NCBI GenBank assembly: GCA_977016875.1
Contig: CDRNST010000354.1
Location: 806,001 to 870,000, forward strand
Reading direction: 5' to 3'
Source of the DNA: Pavona decussata
Lineage: Eukaryota
DNA length: 64,000 nucleotides
The notes beneath the pieces are model-generated. The model did not search any database. It was not told the origin of the DNA and saw nothing but the letters and a program-made list of their open reading frames with translations. The position numbers and the translations under genes were made by a program. Shown piece by piece: positions 37,672 through 51,704 of this stretch (positions are counted from its first letter, which is position 1; each line of letters starts with the position of its first letter).

Positions 37672-38342
37672 CCGCAGATCCTTTGGGGTCTGGGTAGTCA
37701 GCCAGCTCCCCACCAATGGCTTCCCGCGCTGCTGCCTTGAGGCTAGGTGGATAGACATAGGTAGGGAGTGTCTTCCCTCTAAGTTTCCCTTTCCCTATGC
37801 TGTTTCCAAATCGTAGAGAAATCAAGAAGAGAATATTTTGGAAGGGTCTACAAGAAATCAGGTTTCTAGTATAATTTTTCCAGATCAGAGAAATAGGTTC
37901 AGAAAAAAAATGACTCCACGTGACTCAGTTCTGCTAGTTGATTTCGCAGGGCGTAGGTAGGGAGTCCTGAGAACCCCATCCCCCCCTCCTTTGTGAGAGT
38001 CAACGACCTACAAACCATATAATTCAGGTGGCGAAAAACGCACGGATCTGAAGAATCAACATGCATAAATCTTTTCCAGTGCTGAATACTCCATTTGCCG
38101 GTCCTTCTCGCCACATGAATACTACCGTGCTGATAACAATTACACAAGGCTTGCTCCTTATGGAGGAAGTCATTGCAAGACTCGACGAAGCATTTCGTCA
38201 GAATGGGTACTTCAGAGTTTCTGATTGATTTCTTCAAATTGAATTCCTTGTTAAGCTTCAGTTTAATAGAAAATGGTCGCAATTTTTGACATAGATTTGT
38301 TGGAACCCCGCCTGGTTTAGCGAACGTTTTACGGCGCGCCAA
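37672..38342 (-). pseudogene. orphan spliced gene fragment, head-to-head with the P-like transposase
   Basis: 147-aa ORF (37899-38342) plus downstream segment ..GKTLPTYVYPPSLKAAAREAIGGELADYPDPKGSA followed by a GTAAG donor near 37671. Confidence 0.35.
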
Positions 38343-38679
38343 GCCAAAGCCAGGTGAAAGACGCCAAGATTGCTAGCATCGGCTTTTTCGCTGTATTTTT
38401 GGCATATTGTGGGTAAGTATCGTTAAATTATCTCTTTACTATTGCAAATTTCTGCATAATTTTGAAGGAAATGATTGCTTTGTTGAATACGCCGCCATAA
38501 GATTTTTTACGCGAACATGTTTCAATAACACGTGGTCAAAAAAAAAATCTTTAGCAAACAGGGGCGTACCTAGGATTTTTGAAAGGGGGGGGGTCACACT
38601 GTGTCGCATCCAGGGTACTTGTCAGATTGTCATGTCGAAATCCACGCTTTGATTTACAAAAAGTGACAATTTTTCGAAT

Positions 38680-41410
38680 GGGCATGGATCGTTGGGCTGG
38701 ATTCTACAGATCTGAAGGAAGTGCTGATGGAGTCCTTCTCAGGGGTATGGAATGGAGATGTTGATTTGGGTGATGGGAAGTTTAAGGAGTTGAGGAGAGA
38801 GTATGATCAAAGAGTCGTCTTAGCAAGTACAGTTGCTAGAATTGACAACTGAGGTGATCTTGAGTTGGAATTGCAAAAGTGCATTGACAGTTTGGAGGAT
38901 GATATTTCATTTCTTGATGACGTTTTTCAGTTGGCTGTTGAGGATTAAAGAAAAGAAAATTAAGAATTGATCAACACCAGACGAACACCTTAAGAATGCA
39001 AATTGGAATGTTGTTGAATCCCAAACTCCCCTCCAGCAGGCACAATTCCCAAAGGGAACGTATGAGGAGGAGCTCGCTTGCCTTAATCCAGCTGTGTATT
39101 TTCCCTGTCACATTCTAAACATCAGAACCTCTTTAAGAGGATTGGTTAAATAGGTAAAAGGCTACCTACGTAACCTTTTCAAGAAGAAAAGGATAGCTGC
39201 CACCCATGTGTTAGTTCTTATGCTCTCAGATGAAAAAAAAAATAAGCCCTATGCATTGCCAATCAGATAAGTGTCCCAGAGTCTGCAGTACTAGTATGTC
39301 GGTCATCTAGCCAGGGATGTTAAACTGAAAATGCAAGAGAAAGAGGTCAACCTTGTAGGTCAGTACATGTATTGAATTTTAACAATGGTGGGTCAAAATG
39401 ATTTTGAACCATCAAGTTTGTGTGTGGGTTTTTTTTTTGTAGCATAATTGTGGTAATAAATCCACAATGAATGAAAGTAAAGATGAAAACTGGTTTTAAA
39501 TCAGTTTGAACTAAAATTCATTATAAAAATTGTAACATGCACCTCGACCATTGCACACCCTGGTTGTAGTTACTTTGCTTTGTCTTCAAGCATTCACTCG
39601 AATCTGCCACCAACGTAAGTCTGGAAACGAAGTAGCATTGTTTGCCATAAACATCTGTGAGGTATTAGTGACCAGAAATTTACAAGTTTATCTCTGTGGA
39701 CATGCTGATGGGACTCTTTGACCAGTTTTTGTTTAAAAGTAAGTCATAATCAAAAGTGAATTTTCCTGACATTGTATTTAAAAAAGGATATCGCTGTTTT
39801 TTTAGGGACTGCTACAGATGGAGAGTTTTGTTCATTGAGGTCAAGAGACAAAACAAGGGCCCTTCATTTCTGGCACCTTATACGTGATGCAAGAGAGAGT
39901 GTGCAGAAGTTTGGTAAGAAGACTTTACTGGAAATGCTGATTTTGATAAGCAGTAAGTTGAACTGGTGTAAATTCCAGTGTGTGCTGTTAAAGAAGCACT
40001 GCTTGTGTCTTAGCAGATCCGTTGAGTGCTCTCACCCATGCAGCCCTTGTTGGAAGGAGGCCTCAGAGTGTGAAGGATGCAGAACATCTATTTTCCTACA
40101 ATGCTGTACGTTCACTTGAGAGACATGGCAAGAATGAAGAGGCTGTGTTCGTTCGAAATATTGCACAGTGGCATGAAGTATCTGATGGGAAAGGTCTGAG
40201 TCAGCTTGAGAGATCTAGATACAACTATCACATGTTCAAATTCATTTTGGAGGAGTGGATGCCGAGGTATAGGGATTATTACGACTTTTCCACCATTGAC
40301 ATCAACAGGTATCTACATTTTAAAAAAAACGTTCACTTACAAATTGAGGTGTCAAATGGGTGGTACTTGAGAAACAAAAGCTGGAGTGCAGTATTTATTC
40401 TAAATTGCAGACATAATGCATAACATGAGGATACCATGATTTTCTTACATTTTTTTCCCATATGTGGTCAGTGTCTGGAACTGGCGTAACACCTATCATT
40501 TATTAGTTTATTTTATATTTACCCTTTTATGACAAATGTCTGGAGATTGTCCAAATACTTAAAAAAAAACCCATGTTGCTCAACTTGCAGTGTTCCAGAT
40601 TACTTATAAAGGCAGAAGGTCAATAAGGAATTTTGAGGGGTCAATAGGTATGGATCTCTTCAAATCGTCTCAACTTGACCATTTATTTTGTCAGGTCATG
40701 TTGCCAGGTTTCTCAGCTTTTTGACCCGAGACCCCTCTCTTATCTGGAAACTGAACTTGGCCATGCAATTCCCATATTTTGCAGCAGAAAAGTTCCAGCA
40801 TTGGGTCATATCTCTTTATGATTTGGTCAGGAATGTGTCATATAAAGAAATATAATTACTGTGGAATCAAATATATTTTTCATGCCTTCCAAATCTGATT
40901 TTAAAATCTTGTAGTTGCATTAGAAAGTATGTACATCTGGAATTATGGTGGTGATTGCAAATAAAAATAACATTTAATATTTATTAAGAAAACTTTTATT
41001 ATTTAAGACCTGTAGGAGGCATCTGCAGCTTCTCAAGAGAGACTGTGGTAGAAGAATACTTACATTGAGAGCCAAGGGCTTTGCCGTTGAGAGAATGGAG
41101 TTATTGGCTTTGAAGAACACCCCAGGGCTGCTGAAACTGATGATCTGGAATCTTACTTTTGTGTGTGTCATGGTGGTCATGGGCACATTTCACACTGAAA
41201 CAATTCAAACAATACTGGCCAAAAAGTGTCAGGTATCAGCAAATTTCTCATTTCTTTAGGTAGTCTCAGGAAGTCCAAATATTGTAAAAAGAAATTGCAA
41301 AATGTAAACAGGAGGCCAATATCCTACCATCTTGACATAACAATCTTGATCAAATGGTTTATGGTATGGTTCCTTGCCATTATTATAAGAAAAAGATTTG
41401 ACAGCCATTA
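38680..41410 (+). pseudogene. divergent P-element/THAP9-like transposase, multi-exon, decayed
   Basis: ATHVLVLMLSDE..PYALPI; TATDGEFCSLR; QSVKDAEHLFS..EEAVFVRNIAQWHEVSDGKGL (GTP-binding-insertion-like); EHPRAAETDDLESYF at ~41115-41160 resembles the P-type QDxLExFF catalytic Glu motif. Confidence 0.55.
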
Positions 41411-41698
41411 AAAATTGCTGCTGAATTTTAAAGCAAAACTAATTGAATCACACAAAACCGACTTGTAAGCCTTCCTCGTAAACAAGGCGACAGACGGAGA
41501 ATGCAACTAAAACCTGCACTGAGATGTGTCCTTCTGGGCTTCATCAAATTGTAGGGTTAAAAGATCCTCCACTTCTCACAATTGACCAAATGAAGGATTC
41601 GTTTAACATGTGTCAAATATCTAAAATCCATCAACTTCGTCAGTGAAGCAGGAGAATTTCCAATAGCTAGCCTCCACAAAATAATTTCATTTCCAGTC

Positions 41699-42086
41699 AG
41701 CTGCTTCAATCAATCCTGCATGAGAGGTTCTAACAAAGTTACGATTTATGATCGCAAGATTGAAGAACTGTTAAAGGCATGTAAAAACTGCATTTAGAGT
41801 TTATCTAACATACATACATGCATATTGTTTCATGTATCATGTGATGAAGAAGCCTTTCAGTTTCTCACAGAGAAATTATACTCTTTCAGCAAAGCTGCTT
41901 CAATCAATCCTGCATGAGAGGTTCTAACAAAGTTACGATTTATGATCGCAAGATTGAAGAACTGTTACAGGCATTTAAAAACTGCACTTTGAGCGTATCT
42001 AACATATATTCATGCATATTGCATGTATCATGTGATGAAGAAGCCTTTAAGTTTCTCACAGAGAAATTATACTCTTTCAGCAAAGC
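41699..42086. repeat. 194-bp tandem duplication
   Basis: AGCTGCTTCAATCAATCCTGCATGAGAGG... begins at 41699 and 41893. Confidence 0.92.
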
Positions 42087-43727
42087 ATAGTTTCATATCA
42101 GGCCAAAGGTATCCACAAGGTCCTGATCTAGTATTTACAAAACCTTCAAGGGCCGCCCTTAAAATGCCCAATTTGTCATTTTAGAAAACAAAAATAAACA
42201 AGAGAAGAATTGAAGAAAATGCTTTCTCTCATGAGGATCTACAACAGGTCATCAACCTCCACAATTCATTGGGATCAAGTTTACTACAGAAGAAAAAAAG
42301 GCCCCTTGTTAAAGTGGAAAACATAAAAGGTGGTGAAATCAAAGTAGGTGAAGAAGTGGTGGTTGGATTTAATGGTAAAGACAAAAAGTTGAAAGTCATA
42401 GTTCTGAGCGGTATGCCCACTTATAGTTCATGAAGGTAAAGCTCCATAGAACGAGAATTTTGCTGTTCTCTACAATGTCTTTCTTGCTTTTGAGTCTATA
42501 AAACTTACGGGTCTTGTGGGGTGCCGCAACAACTAATTCAAGAAAATTTACTGAAAAACGTAATTTACAAGGAAAATGAAAGATTTTAAAACTAATTCAA
42601 ATGGAATTTGCCCTTGGACTGTAGCCCAAGCGGCGCCAAAACAATACTCCAGATATATGTCAATCAAGTATGTTCTTTTTGGGGCAAGTTTCCGTTCCAT
42701 CCCCGTGAGGTATTTGACATCCAGTCAATGTCAAGGAAAGCCTCAAACTTCTTCTACAAGCAAAACACGAACAAACTTCATTTTTATAAAAAAAAGTCAA
42801 ATTGTCCCTGTCTAGGGAGTGGAAATGTGTCAATTTATTGTTGAGGGAAATTTGTGTAGCAAAGTTTGTAAAACGTGCCAACCACAGCTTTAAGGTTATG
42901 TTGAGCTAGGTATCAAGTATTTGGCGATTTGGAGATGCTCTTGCTATTCATTTGGCAAAATCTTAGAACAAAGTAGTCTTCTGAGTGTTATTAGACAGCA
43001 TGTATCTTCTTACTTGTACGATCAACACTGTGCAATTTAACACTGGTAATATTATTTGAGATCTTTGGTTTCCTTTACTGGCCTGATCTTTTGAAGAAGT
43101 TATTGCCAGTATGCTGGAGATTCCGAAACATCTGCCACCCTCCAACTCTGTGCAGACATTTTCAATTTGGCTCTATAATACAGCCAAAACTAATTTTTTG
43201 TTAATTTGCTGTGTAAGTTCAACAGGTTTTAAAACCAAAAAGCACGTACTCCTACGGGCCCTCTGGTGTACATGACAAGCCGGAATGATAAGTCCAGCGC
43301 TTTTATTAAAAGCAAATGACGTACTCAGTGAGGGCTCCCAGGTAACTAATTTGTTTTACGACATTTTTTCGTTGACCAACAGAACTAGCAAAGTTCAAAA
43401 TAAGTAAACAAAAGACCGAAAGCAAAAACAAACATACCTTGGAAAAGGCAGTTATCTATACGAAAAAGGCAATTCCAACCCAAAGAGGATCTGCACGTAA
43501 AAGTATCTTTTCTAAATGTGAAGCGCACATTTTCTGTTAGTTATCTTTAGTTTTACGCAGTTTATTTTATCGGCAAAACAATTCCATGACACTGTTTCTA
43601 CTTATTTCATACATCCAATATGATTACTTTGCGGTAAAGGCAGTGATCATATTTCAGCTTTCCTCAGTGATTCAGAGCGAGTGTGTTGAGTAGAGAGATT
43701 AACCAAGGAGAGTCAATTTAGTGAGCA

Positions 43728-44360
43728 ATGGGTTGTTCCAGAAAAAATCCACACCTCCCGACGAATGGGATTCTGGAAATTCTCGCGGGAGGGGGGATCA
43801 ACGACTCTGGAAATCCAGGCGGGAGGGGGGTTGAACTTAAGAAAGTCTTCTGCAGGGGTCATTTCGAACAATAGTTCACACGATTCGAACATTTAGTTCG
43901 GTGACACTTCAGTGTCTCAGACCCTGAAAATAGTGAGAATATTTTGTTCACATATTTCTCACCTAAAGTAAATGATAATCTAAGTTCCTTCGCAGGTCCT
44001 TTTATGGCAGAAAACGCGAACAACAAGATACTAAAGAATGAGCTGTCGCAACATTTTTGCAACGAAGAGTTTGAAACGCCTGACACATTTCTACTTGTAC
44101 CAGACCCAGCGCGTCACCATTGTGTAATTTCACCTTCTCGGTTGTTTGATCCGCCATTCTTAGCGTAGATTCCACTGCGTCAGGCAGAAGAATTTTTAAT
44201 GGTGTAAGTAAGGATGCAGAGCTATTAGCTGAAGAAGATAATTTCAAAGAATTTTGGTCCAAACATTTCCTCTTCATCAAAAATACTCCAGAGGAACTTG
44301 TAGCCATCTGTACTTCAAAAAAACTTTTGGAAACATAAGTTTATATTGCGAAAGCAACAG
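43728..44360. mobile_element. left part of a non-autonomous DNA transposon, truncated at the BEL junction
   Basis: Starts with TIR-like GGTTGTTCCAGAAAAAATCCACACC followed by repeated CTGGAAAT..GGGAGGGGG motifs. Confidence 0.45.
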
Positions 44361-44364
44361 AAAG

Positions 44365-46795
44365 AGGAAGTTGTGAGAGCTCCTTGCAAGAGGTGGCTTC
44401 AAGCTTACTAAATGGTTGTCGAACTCAAAAAGAGTACTCGAGTCCTTGCCAGAGTCTGAAAGAGCTGCAAAAGTAAAGGGGCTAGATTTCGACAAGCTGC
44501 CAGTCTAAAGAGCATTAGGAGTGCAATGGAATGTGTCATCCGACACATTTGGTTTCAGCATCGTAATTAAAGACAAACCTGCCACCAGGAGAGGGATACT
44601 ATCCATCGTCAGCTCGGTGTACGACCCCCTGGGATTTATCGCACCATTCATTCTGAAGGGAAAACTTATTCTGCAAGACCTTTGCCAAAATCAGTTTGGC
44701 TGGGATGACCGGATACCTGAAGAATACTTGAAGCATTGGCAGGCCTGGTTACAAGAGCTTCCAAAACTAGAGCAGCTGGAAATAGAACGTTGCTTCAAGC
44801 CATTCAGCTTTGAAGAGACCACTTCATATTAGCTGCATCACTTCTCCGAATTGTCAGCAGCTGTCATAGCAACCAGACTGGACCCAATTTCTCGAAACGA
44901 GCTAGCCCTGCCAATAACTGAGTCTTTCTTCTGGACCGATAGTACCTGCGTTCTCCGATACATCGAGAATCAAGACAAGCGGTTTCAAACCTTTGTTGCC
45001 AAACAAGTAGCGACAATATACGATGCCTCCTCTCCGTCTCAGTGGAAGTACGTGAACACACAAGATAATCTGGCAGATGATTCCTCTAGAGGTGTGCCTG
45101 CTGATTCCTTACAGCGCTGGATTCACGGCCCAAACTTTCTTTCTTCACCTCCTGAAATGTGGCCTCAAAGGCCTACAGGCATGACGAGGGCAATACCAGA
45201 AGACGACCCTGAAATAAAGTCAGAAAAAGCTTTATACACAGTCAATGTACTCACCCACGATCCTGTAACCGAAATCATCGAAAGATTCTCTTCCTTTTCA
45301 AAGCTCAAGAAAATCGTAGCCTGGTTTCTGCAATTGAGGAGAAACCTACAGAAGTCAGCCAAGAGTCCAAAGTCAAAGGAAGCACCCCATAGCAAGCCTT
45401 CAAGCACGATCAGTCCCATCACCGTGACAGAGTTGCGTGACGCAGAACACGCAATCCTTAATTACGTTCAGCATCAATTCTTCAAGCAAGAGTATGACGG
45501 ATTAAAGAACACAATTCAGCCAAACACTAGCAAGCACAAGGCCATCAAGTCAAGTAGCATCCAGAAGCTCGATCCCGTTATTATTCAAGGCCTTCTGCGA
45601 GTTGGCGGCCGTCTAAAGCACGTGTCCCTCGACACAGACACCAAGCACCCTATCATTCTACCAAGGGATCATCACGTGGCTAAACTTATCGTTCTCTATT
45701 ATCACCACGTTTCTGGTCACTCAGGCGTAGATTACACCCTATCCCTCATCCATCATAGATACTGGATCAAAAATGCAAGATCTGCTGTACGTAGGATACC
45801 AGAAAAGTGTCTCATCTGCAGAAAACACCAGTCCCCAACAGGTCAACAAAAGACAGCTGATCTCCCTGTAGATCAGACCGTCTTTCCATTTACAGGCGTC
45901 GACTGCTTTGGTCCCTTTGAAGTCCGTCGTGGACGATCCAAAGTCAAGAGATATGGCATCATTTTCACCTGTCTAGCCCTACGAGGGGTTCACATTAAGG
46001 TCGTGAGCTTGCTAGATACAGAGTCATTTATCAACGCCTTGCGGAGATTTGTCGCAAGAGGTTTGCCTGAAGAGATGCATTCCGACAACGGAGGCAACTT
46101 TGTAAGGGGTGAGAGAGAGCTGCGCGAAGCTATCAACAGTTCGAACCAAAGCCAGATCCATGAATTCTTGCTACAGCGTAATGTCAAGTGGACCCTCAAC
46201 CCCTCAACTGGTTCCCATCACGGTGGAGTGTGGGAGCGGTGCTTTTGCACCTCTCCGCAAGGTGTTAAGAGCCTAAATCAAGGAACAAGCACAAGATGAA
46301 GAAAGTCTCAGTACTCTGATGTGTGAAGTCGAGGCCATAGTAAACGGCAGACCAATCACCAAACTCTCTGATGATCCACGGGATCTGGAACCCCTGACGC
46401 CCAATCACCTGTTGCTGTTACGAGAAGGACCTGCTGTTCCACTCGGAATCTTCTCTAAGCAGGATTGTTACAACAAACGCCGCTGGCGTCAAGTTCAGTA
46501 CCTTGCTGCTGTGTTTTGGCGACGCTGGGTACGTGAATATTTACCCTCTCTACAGGAGCGGCAGAAATGGAACAAGAAGCGAAGAAATTTCGCAGTAGAC
46601 GACGTTGTGCTGGTACTTGATGACAAGAAACCCCGTAACTCCTGGCCACTCGGTCGGATCCTGGAGGTGTATGCCAACAGCAGAGATGGACTAGTACGCT
46701 GTCAAGCTGAAGACCAGTACATCGGAGCTGGTTCGACCAATCAACAAGATTGTGCTACCGGAAGCAGCTGATGTTCCAAACAGCAGTACCTAAGT
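44365..46795 (+). pseudogene. pol: BEL/Pao pol, with stops, frameshifts and a deletion inside RNase H (LHHFS joined directly to ELSAA)
   Basis: ORFs 44521-44832, 44851-46299 and 46319-46771 are collinear pol segments. Confidence 0.88.
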
Positions 46796-47850
46796 ATTTA
46801 GTATGAACACTGAACTCTGAAAATCCATTGCAAGTGGATTGAACTTTATTTGACATTATGTTATAGTTTAAAAGTCATTACTTTAAGGTTTTAGTTTAGT
46901 CAACCTCATGTTTCAAACCATTCTTTCTTTCTTCTTGTAAAGGCTATCTGCAGTACTGCCTTTAAGGGGCCGGAATATTGGTTTGAAACAGATGTTTTCC
47001 AGATTTTTTACCTGCTACTGCTAAATTGGTGTTTCGGCAGTTCTTTAGAGATTAGCACCTTCATAGATAAAGTTAGTCATAGCTATTATGGTTTCCTGCG
47101 CTTTGCTTTAGCGCCCGCAAAGGAAATGCGCAATGTTTTTCTAGGTTTGCCAAGCACGTTTTTGCTAGTCATAAGTTTTAGCGTTTTCAGCTAAGTAATT
47201 CAGTTCTAATGTAGACTTCATCGAGTCAACGTCTCAGTCATCCATCTGGGTTTAATTCAGTCTACACTCGTGTTCACCGTCAAGTTCTTAGTCAGAGCTT
47301 ATAAGTCAAGTCAAGCATTGGTGCGTGTGCAAACCAAAGTGAGTTTTTACTATTTTCTTGTTTCTAGTTTTTCTAGTCATCGGTTTAGGTTTATTAGTTT
47401 AGTTTCGTTTGTTTTATTCCTTCAGTGCTAGTTAAGTTCATAGTATTCAGTTTTTAAATTCGCTATTAATCGTCAGTTCTCAGCACGGAGACAAGGATTT
47501 ATTGTTTGATCTACATCAGAGTTTCTATCATCGTATCATCTTGATTATTGTTGTTAGCTTATTTGATTTTAATGCTATTGTATTTTACTGTTATGATTTT
47601 CGACACTATTAGCGTTTATGTTAGCCTTTTACATTCTCTTTTTGTTACTCTAAGATAGCTTAGCTAAATCAGTTTCTATTTATTTCTTATCGCCTTTCAG
47701 TTCGAACCGACTAACATCAATTTTCATCGTCTTTCATCGACCTTGTAATCTTATCAACTCAGCGACCTTTGTCACTGGAACTTTGAGCATTTCTGTTCAA
47801 TAAACCTTCACGCTATTGTTGTTAATTCGTCGTGTTCGTCTTTAAGATGA
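44365..47850 (+). mobile_element. BEL/Pao LTR retrotransposon, 3' half (RT end, RNase H, integrase, DUF5641-like tail, PPT, probable 3' LTR from ~46976)
   Basis: [74 protein letters not shown]; PPT AAGGGGCCGGAA at ~46964-46975. LTR end approximate. Confidence 0.88.
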
Positions 47851-48380
47851 GTGGTTTCTGTAATTTGCTTGTTTTTTTTCCTCGTTATTCTCCTGAGTAA
47901 GTTACATGTATCACCATGAAATATTATAAAATTCAACATTATTTTTTGGAATTTTGTAGGTATCACGGCCCAATACCCTGGTGCATCTGTAGTGAATGAG
48001 CATTATATCAAGTGTGTGAGTGGTCACGAAATACAGCTAAACAAGCCTAGAGTAGGACAGAGTTTTGAAAGTAAGAATATATGATAAGAATAAATGATTT
48101 ATTATATAATGAGAAATCAGGAAGAGATGAATAATAATTGTATATTCAGGTCATGTTGTGTCATGTCAAGCAGGTTAGTATGTAGGTGTGTATGGGTTGT
48201 ACTTCATTTATTAAATTGATCTGGTAGCACTTTAAACTCAGAGGAGTGGAATTTCAGGATATATCTAGTATACTTCCATGGGGGGAGGGGGGAGTGTGGA
48301 TATACTTTCTGGAACCAGTAGACAATACCTAAATTGTTATCCATTTCTGATTTTTATGTTTATTTTTATGTTTATCATAG

Positions 48381-50703
48381 TTTTACAAGAGGTGTAGCTG
48401 CTTGGGCATCTGTATGAGTCATTGGAGGGTGTTAAAGAAAATCGATGAATTTGGCCAGAACTTTGATGAGCTGGTTAAGGAGTGGAAAAGGAGCATTGAA
48501 CATAGCTGCAAGAGGGAGTCAGTTCTGGCATCGATTATGGAAGTTGTAGAGGATGCAGAAATGGAAGTTGTATAGAGGATTTACACCAGGATGCTGCTGA
48601 ATGGCAAGACATTGATGCTAATCTCTCAGTGGAGGAAATAAAGGAACGTGTTAAGATGCTAATGGGCAACAAATTCTGCGAGAAGGAATTTGATTTCGTA
48701 GTTGGCGAAGTAGGTGACATGTTCAATTCCGAAACATTAAAAGAGTTTGCAGAACACCTGAAAATGACACATCCTGCACCATTTCAAATTACTGGGGATA
48801 ATCTTGACCTGATGATCACGGTGAAACACATGTCGAGTACCAACCAGAACAATAGCATACACTGGTTCAACCTGAATGCTGTTAAAAACCGTGTGCTGAG
48901 GAACAACCTCCCAAATGATGCACAAATCAAGTCTGTGCTTGATTTGGAAAAAGTAGATTTTCTTCCGTCAGCAAGGGACAATGCTGAAGATTTACATGCC
49001 ATAACTGCCTTGGCCACAAGAGTGATTGTGAAGAACATCCCAGCATTCCATAAGTTCAAAGATGTTGTGGTTCATCACATTCCCCACGAATATTCTGATG
49101 TTATAAAGGAAAAATCAATTCAGGTAAATGAATAAACTCAAAAATTGAAATTAAATTGCCTTTGGAAAATGCAATATGTTCTAACTATAAGTACTTTTCC
49201 ATACCGTTAGAATTTCATGATCAATATTAAACGGCTTAGCTTCCCCCCAGGGGGAGTTGAATTTTGTTATACCTGGGATGATTGAATGGAAACAAAGATC
49301 AAAAATCAATGTTGAGTCCACCAAAAAATTAAATCATTATATGTCTCAACTGATCCCCAAATTGTGAATTTCAACCCTACGAAAGAATCCTTTGATTATG
49401 TATCCCCATAACTTTGTATCCATATAGTACTTACACCTCCACCTGGGGTCGAGGGAGGATAAATTAAAACTGTTGACTGAAGTTTAATATCCTTTGTTAT
49501 TATTATTGGACTTCTTTTTGAAAATGAAAATGTGAATGAGGACATGCTTGATATCTTGGAAGACCTGCATAAGAAATATCTTCGCATTGAGAAAGAAGAT
49601 GTCAATGGCCGTGAAGTTGTCACCATTCTGGAACGAGTGTTCTTTGGAGGAGACCAGCTCACCGATGAGCGAGCAAGCCACTGCACGGATGCACAGTGTG
49701 ACAGAGATACAAGTTTCAAACGACTTGAAGGTGTAATCAGTAAAGTTGAAGACTGGCATGCTATTCGCATACTTTGGGATGTCCAGTCTTGATGACAAAG
49801 TTGACTGTTATCCCACCAGACATCTTGAAGCCATCAAAAAAGAAGAGGAGGCTATGGCTTCATGGGCATGTCAAGCAGATGCTATCAAAGTTTGTTATGT
49901 CAGATCAGACATCTGAACATGAACACATCAGGCACAAGGAAATCACGAGAACAGAGTACACCCTGAATCAATACAGACTGGAGAGAATGATACTCCCCCC
50001 AGGATGGTGCAAATGCAGATGGTAACAGTGGGCCTAAAAAAAAACCCAAGAGATGACAGATACCAAAATGCAACCTTGCGCCTGTCCATGGGTTTTCTGT
50101 TACGGAACTTTGACAGTGCAGTCAAGGAGGGGGATGGAAAACGCATCACTTGCTGTTGGCAGTTTGCCATGCTCATTTACAGAGCTTTCAATCATAACAA
50201 GTATGCGCTGGCAGCTTTGCATCTATCAGCAGACATCATGGCAATGCTCACTCCAAGAGAAGCTGAGAGTTTGGTGTGCAACAGAACAGTGAACACCAAG
50301 GGAGGAGCTGGCAAAAACATTTCTGTGGATCTGAGAATGGAACATTTAATCAATTTAATCAAAGAATGTCTAAACCATCTTGGACGTAACATCACAGAGA
50401 GTGCTGCCACACGTTGAAGCAAGTCCATTGGTCATGTGGATCCCCTCCACGACACAGTGGATGAAGACTTGCTGGAAGAAAGCCCAGGTGGTCATCACAA
50501 GATACAGAGGCGGGAATCTGATTTTCGTCTCCTGGTGGATGAGATCCACCAGAAGGGAAGGATGTTTAAGTTCCTCCTGAGTCTGGACGAAGATACCATG
50601 TGTGTGGGAACGTTTGTGACAGTTTAATTTAAGGGTTGGATTTGGGAAAACTTAAGTGGATCAGCGAGAAAACGAAAGAACTTCACAAAATGGAGTCCTT
50701 GTA
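48381..50703 (+). pseudogene. AcademH-like (DUF6589-type) transposase, spliced and decayed
   Basis: LGICMSH, ITGDNLD, SIHWFN, FLPS, HIPHEYS, FGGDQLTDERA, VEDWHA, VKEGDG, NRTVNTKGGAGKNISVDLRMEHL. Confidence 0.75.
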
Positions 50704-51283
50704 AAAAATACATTTTAATTAGGGCTTCATTTTGTGACTACTTCTTTATTTTTTTCTCTGATCCATTATAGCATCTTATCTTTTTAGGGACTGGTCACTA
50801 TTTATGTAGAGGGTTTTGACAAAGGATGATGGGGGCTCCAGACTGTTACAATGAATTAATATGGCACCGTCAATGCAAAGTTTAGCCCTTACATGTACAT
50901 CTTTCAGTGAACACCCTCTTTTGATACCAGGGAAGATTCGTTGAGAACTTTATTACAGTTGGGCAATGATCTCAATAAGATGTGATTGGAAATGTTTATT
51001 TCCCTCAGACTCTTCAAATTTCTTTATGACATGTAGGATGGGCCTATATGGGGGAGTTGTATATGTATAATTGAATTAAGAAGGGTCAGAAATTCTTCCC
51101 ACCAAAAATGCAAAACAAATGCTTGGTCATTTCCTCAAATGAAAAATGGTTTGGTTACAGTTTGTACATAATGAGATTTGCTAGGCCAGGTTTGGCTGGG
51201 GAGATGGGTCTGATTTTGCCCCATTCTTAAAACTGTGAATAACTGTACATAATTCATTCTCAGACATTTATTGTTTAGTAACA

Positions 51284-51365
51284 CCAGGGGTAGTCAATTG
51301 ATAGAAATCGATATCAATCGATTGTTATTGATTATTATCGATTGATATCGATTGACTACCCCTGG
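51284..51365. mobile_element. 82-bp palindromic MITE with 7-bp TSD
   Basis: TIR CCAGGGGTAGTCAAT / ATTGACTACCCCTGG; AGTAACA at 51277-51283 and 51366-51372. Confidence 0.9.
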
Positions 51366-51704
51366 AGTAACATACTTATGCAGTGAATATAATTACTACT
51401 TTTTTACACTTATATATTTAATTATCATATAGATAAGGAAAAACCTCATTTGCATTTACTTTTATCTACATGATGTTGAGATATACTTTCTTGGCTTCGA
51501 CAAGCAAAATTTCTCAGAGATATTTCATTATATATTTAATTAAATGTAATAAATCATATTTACATTTTGTCATAAGGACATGAACATTCATAAAAAATAT
51601 AAAACTCCCCACAACACATACCGGCACCGGCATGTCACAGATGTTGAAAGTTATGTGAAATCATGATCACTGGTGTAAGAAGTGTTCACGATGTTTGCAC
51701 CCCC

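Noticed and set aside
43728-48320. Pairing the TIR-like motifs at 43728 and ~48290-48317 as one element around the BEL
   Set aside because: The match is imperfect, no TSD is visible, and they more likely belong to separate copies of related repeats.
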